Below, one piece after another: positions 15,969 through 18,844 of a stretch of DNA of 18,844 nt. Below the pieces are notes generated by a model, which worked only from the letters and a program-made list of their open reading frames with translations, made no database searches and had not been told where the DNA came from. Source of the stretch: a bacterium. Lineage in GTDB: Bacteria; Zhuqueibacterota; Zhuqueibacteria; Oceanimicrobiales; Oceanimicrobiaceae. A program made the translations under genes and the position numbers. Where the stretch lies: NCBI GenBank assembly GCA_046757025.1, contig JBHHXN010000099.1, forward strand, positions 1-18,844, in the 5' to 3' direction. The stretch's first letter is position 1. Each line of letters starts with the position of its first letter.

Positions 15969-18524
15969 TTATCGCATAGCTCCAGTGCTTACATGTTTTT
16001 CAGAGATAACCGACTTCAGCATCTCCCTTAGCTCCTCTATATCTTTTTGTTGTTCCTTTACCGCCTCGATCAGCACGGCAACTAGGCGAGCGTAGTCCAC
16101 AGATTTAGCATCTCTACCATTTTCCTCATACGCCACTACTTCCGGTATCACATCACCTACTTCTTCAGCGATCAGACCGATGTCATGCTTGCCGTCAGCC
16201 TTCCAGTCGTAGGAGACGCCGCGCAGGCGCTTGACTTTGTCGAGGGCGCCATTGAGGGTCTGGATGTTGGTTTTCCAGCGACGGGAGCTGTAGGTGGTCC
16301 ACCCATCAGCTATCGGGTCGGTAGCCGAGTTTTGTTGAATTGTTAGAATGTTACTTGGACCTGAGCCGGTGCCAATCCCAACGTTGCCACCGGCATGAAT
16401 GCGCATCCGTTCGTTACTGCCTTCCACAAAATGAATTGATGCTGGTGAAAACACCGTGCCGTATGCAACGGTCAAGTCATTGGTAGCTTGCACTGATTGA
16501 GCATTCAAGGAACTTAAGCTCAGGTTGCGGGTGGGAAAATTTACGCTGGTTGCAAGCAGACCCCCGTTTGCCGTAACCACTCCGCTCTTTCCAATTGTAA
16601 CCTGGGTTTCTCCGCTGCTCTGGAATTCGGCAATTGCACCGGAGATGCCTGCATGATTTGCCTGAAAGGCGCTTCCTGTACCAGCGTATTCTATTCGGAT
16701 GGCAGCTTGGTCATTTGCTTCATTTGTTGCTCTAAATATGGCGGCTCTACCAGTACCCGCTGTCCAGACATTAAGAGCGTCATTATTGTTATTATCAGGT
16801 AGAATGTGGAATAGCCCGGCTGGGCCGCCAACCCCCTCTACGATAGAATGAATTCCAAATCCTGTTCCCGTGATTTTTGTTAACAATCCAACGCCTTGAC
16901 CATTCGTAACAGCCATTAGAGCAGGACTCTCGTCCAATAGGTTATCAATTTCGAAAAGACCTGCAGGGCCATTACCATATTCATCAATCTGTGCCGATGT
17001 TTTTCCCGTTTGTGTAATGGAAAATACTGGTGTGTCAGGCGCGTTTGCCGATGCGGAAAAAGGCAAGGAAAGTCCGCCATTAGTATAGGCAGTCGTTTGT
17101 AAAGTGCCATCCGGAAACATAATGCCATCTTTGCCGGCTTCCCCGCCGATATGCAGCTTTGCTTCGGGAGTCCTCCCGATTCCAACCTCACCTGAAATAG
17201 TTACAATGCCTGCGCCTATTCGTCCGGCCCCAGTCTTTATGTGAACAGAACCGCCTTCTTCGTCACCGTGACCCGCCTGAATCACGACATCCCCACCGAC
17301 GTCACGGCCTTCACCCCCTTTTAAGTTTAGGATACCGCCGTCTTTGAAGGGACCGAATGAACCGGAGCGTCCGGCCTGAATGGTCAATTCCGTCCCCGTT
17401 CCAAATGTTGCATCTTGAACTCTGATTTTAGGGGAATTTTCGCTCGCAAAAAGTAAGTTCCCTTTGATGCTCAGTTTTTCTTCAGGCTCGGTAGTGCCGA
17501 TACCAACATTACCACGAGCATCTATAAAAACCGTATCCGGATCAGGATCGTTAAATCTGGTTTTTGACACGAGCCCTATGCTTGTACCAAATATCATCAC
17601 TTGACCGTTTCCTTTGCCTGAACCTGCTCGCAGAATCAAGTCTCCTCCCTTGTTTGAGGCATCGCCTGCTTCGAGGTTCAAATTTCCGCCCTCGAGGTCG
17701 CCGAAGCCTGCTTTCAAGGAGAGCTCGCCACCCTTTACATTGGTTCCTACCGTGCTCCCCGCATTTACGCTTAAGTCTTTCCCGCTGCCGCTTGTGACAA
17801 GCCCAACATCGATCTTTCGATCATCGTCGTTTGTAAAAAACATATTTCCATTAAGGTTAAGCCCTTCCTTAAAATTTGATGTTCCAATTCCGAGTTTTTT
17901 GTTTTCATTATCCCAGAGAAGCTCAGTATCACCGGAAACTTCTGAGTCCTCAGTCCAGAAAACTATTTGTCCTGCTTGCCCGGAACCGTTTACACCCCCA
18001 GCGGCACCGCCGGTGGCTGAGATATACAGCGTATCTTTACTTTGGGTAATAGTTACATTGGCACCAGCTGCAAGCGTCATCTCGTCCGTGATCGAGTTGA
18101 TGCTTCTGACGACCTCGCCGCTGGCAATCTTTTCTCCTGTCACAATACTGTCCGCAATGGATTGGGTATTAAAGCTATAGGGTGAACTGGTTAGTTTGAT
18201 CCTTGGTTTAAGTTCGGAATCCTGGCCAACAGAAATTCCCAGCCAGTATTGCCTATCAAAAGGAAGATCTATAGAAGTTACATTTCCCAGGACGGTATTG
18301 AACAATCCATTGGTTGTTGTGAGGGTTTGAATCTCAGACCATAGTGATGTGCCACTGCTTTCAGAATCGTACAATCTGAAAGTAAGTTGGTAATTGCCAT
18401 CGGCCACGACATTTCCGGAAGCATCGGTTAGGACACCCTGGTAGCTTATGGTTTGCGGTATTTGGCCCCAGCTAACAGATGCTGATAGAAGAAATGCTAC
18501 GAATAATGGTATGGAGCGTCTCAT
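15969..18524 (-). CDS. Secreted tail-fibre-like protein with C-terminal intramolecular chaperone (peptidase S74/ICA) domain
   Basis: RBS AAGGAG. Signal peptide ending SWG-Q. N-terminal domain QIPQTISYQGVLTD...WLGISV...ELKPR..LTSSPY. GNVGIGT-type and GG.L.L.AG repeats. Y-S746-SRRW-K751-TNI, then LRGVSYDWK, IGLIAEEV...PEVV and VDY..L..VLIEAVKE, followed by a coiled coil. Confidence 0.88.
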   Translation of the reverse strand: MRRSIPLFVAFLLSASVSWGQIPQTISYQGVLTDASGNVVADGNYQLTFRLYDSESSGTSLWSEIQTLTTTNGLFNTVLGNVTSIDLPFDRQYWLGISVGQDSELKPRIKLTSSPYSFNTQSIADSIVTGEKIASGEVVRSINSITDEMTLAAGANVTITQSKDTLYISATGGAAGGVNGSGQAGQIVFWTEDSEVSGDTELLWDNENKKLGIGTSNFKEGLNLNGNMFFTNDDDRKIDVGLVTSGSGKDLSVNAGSTVGTNVKGGELSLKAGFGDLEGGNLNLEAGDASNKGGDLILRAGSGKGNGQVMIFGTSIGLVSKTRFNDPDPDTVFIDARGNVGIGTTEPEEKLSIKGNLLFASENSPKIRVQDATFGTGTELTIQAGRSGSFGPFKDGGILNLKGGEGRDVGGDVVIQAGHGDEEGGSVHIKTGAGRIGAGIVTISGEVGIGRTPEAKLHIGGEAGKDGIMFPDGTLQTTAYTNGGLSLPFSASANAPDTPVFSITQTGKTSAQIDEYGNGPAGLFEIDNLLDESPALMAVTNGQGVGLLTKITGTGFGIHSIVEGVGGPAGLFHILPDNNNNDALNVWTAGTGRAAIFRATNEANDQAAIRIEYAGTGSAFQANHAGISGAIAEFQSSGETQVTIGKSGVVTANGGLLATSVNFPTRNLSLSSLNAQSVQATNDLTVAYGTVFSPASIHFVEGSNERMRIHAGGNVGIGTGSGPSNILTIQQNSATDPIADGWTTYSSRRWKTNIQTLNGALDKVKRLRGVSYDWKADGKHDIGLIAEEVGDVIPEVVAYEENGRDAKSVDYARLVAVLIEAVKEQQKDIEELREMLKSVISEKHVSTGAMR

Positions 18525-18712
18525 GATTTATTCTCCTTTCTAGTTTCTTGAAAAGCTCATTTGAGCCTACTCGAATTTTAATTTAAATTTAGATGAGCTT
18601 GCGTTTTTACAGGCGCCTGGATAAGTGATGGTCTTATTTTTCTTTTCCCACTAAATACTATCATTTTTTACCACCCAGAGTTGACTTCAAGCACTTCGTG
18701 CTCTATTCATAC

Positions 18713-18727
18713 TCAATAAGCGTGCCA
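18713..18727 (-). promoter_or_regulatory. Putative sigma54 (-24/-12) promoter for the fibre operon
   Basis: Minus strand TGGCACG-CTTA-TTGA against consensus TGGCACG-N4-TTGC. The -24 box and spacing are perfect, with C->A at -12. It points toward ATG 18524. Confidence 0.5.
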
Positions 18728-18829
18728 CAGGCGTTTGCCCAAAAATATAGCCCGGCGGTCTTTGCATAAGTGACTGTTTTTTAAGAGATGATGATAAAAA
18801 GGTACCCAGACGGAGGGAGTGAGGCGAAC

Positions 18830-18844
18830 GGAGGAAAGTATGTC
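18830..18844 (+). other. Probable start of a divergent gene at the window edge
   Basis: GGAGG-AAAGT-ATG with ATG at 18840. Too little sequence remains to identify a product. Confidence 0.4.

Noticed and set aside
15969..18524. Prophage or tailocin interpretation of the S74 fibre
   Set aside because: The protein has a Sec signal peptide, and no capsid, tail tube, baseplate, lysis or integrase genes lie in the window.
18681..18713. Plus-strand sigma70 promoter TTGACT-17-TATTCA
   Set aside because: The -10 match is weak. It is possible for the divergent gene but not supportable from sequence alone.

Overview
Bacterial chromosomal window. It is probably from an FCB-related lineage such as KSB1, Calditrichota or Ignavibacteria, inferred only from the NYPNPFNP-type C-terminal sorting domains. 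Two minus-strand blocks of exported proteins are separated by a plus-strand scar. The left block (6619 to <1) is a four-gene proteolysis cluster: an M1 metallopeptidase fused directly to an Omp85/BamA-like barrel, a small putative beta-barrel protein, an S41 peptidase lipoprotein, and a second M1 aminopeptidase that runs off the window edge and is missing from the ORF track. The middle (6620-7760) holds an inverted heptamer-repeat hairpin and a truncated Phd/YefM antitoxin joined to an internal IS1634-family transposase fragment. The right block (18524 to 7763) lies downstream of a possible sigma54 promoter. It encodes a signal-peptide-bearing fibre protein with a peptidase S74 intramolecular chaperone, a small protein that is mostly a T9SS-type sorting domain, a single-repeat FG-GAP relic, and a 2472-aa S8 protease with FG-GAP, beta-helix and two VCBS/ASPIC-UnbV modules plus a sorting domain. 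The best candidates for undescribed systems are the POTRA-less M1-Omp85 fusion with its operon, and the secreted S74 fibre paired with the small sorting-domain protein. All family calls come from motif recognition; no searches were run.
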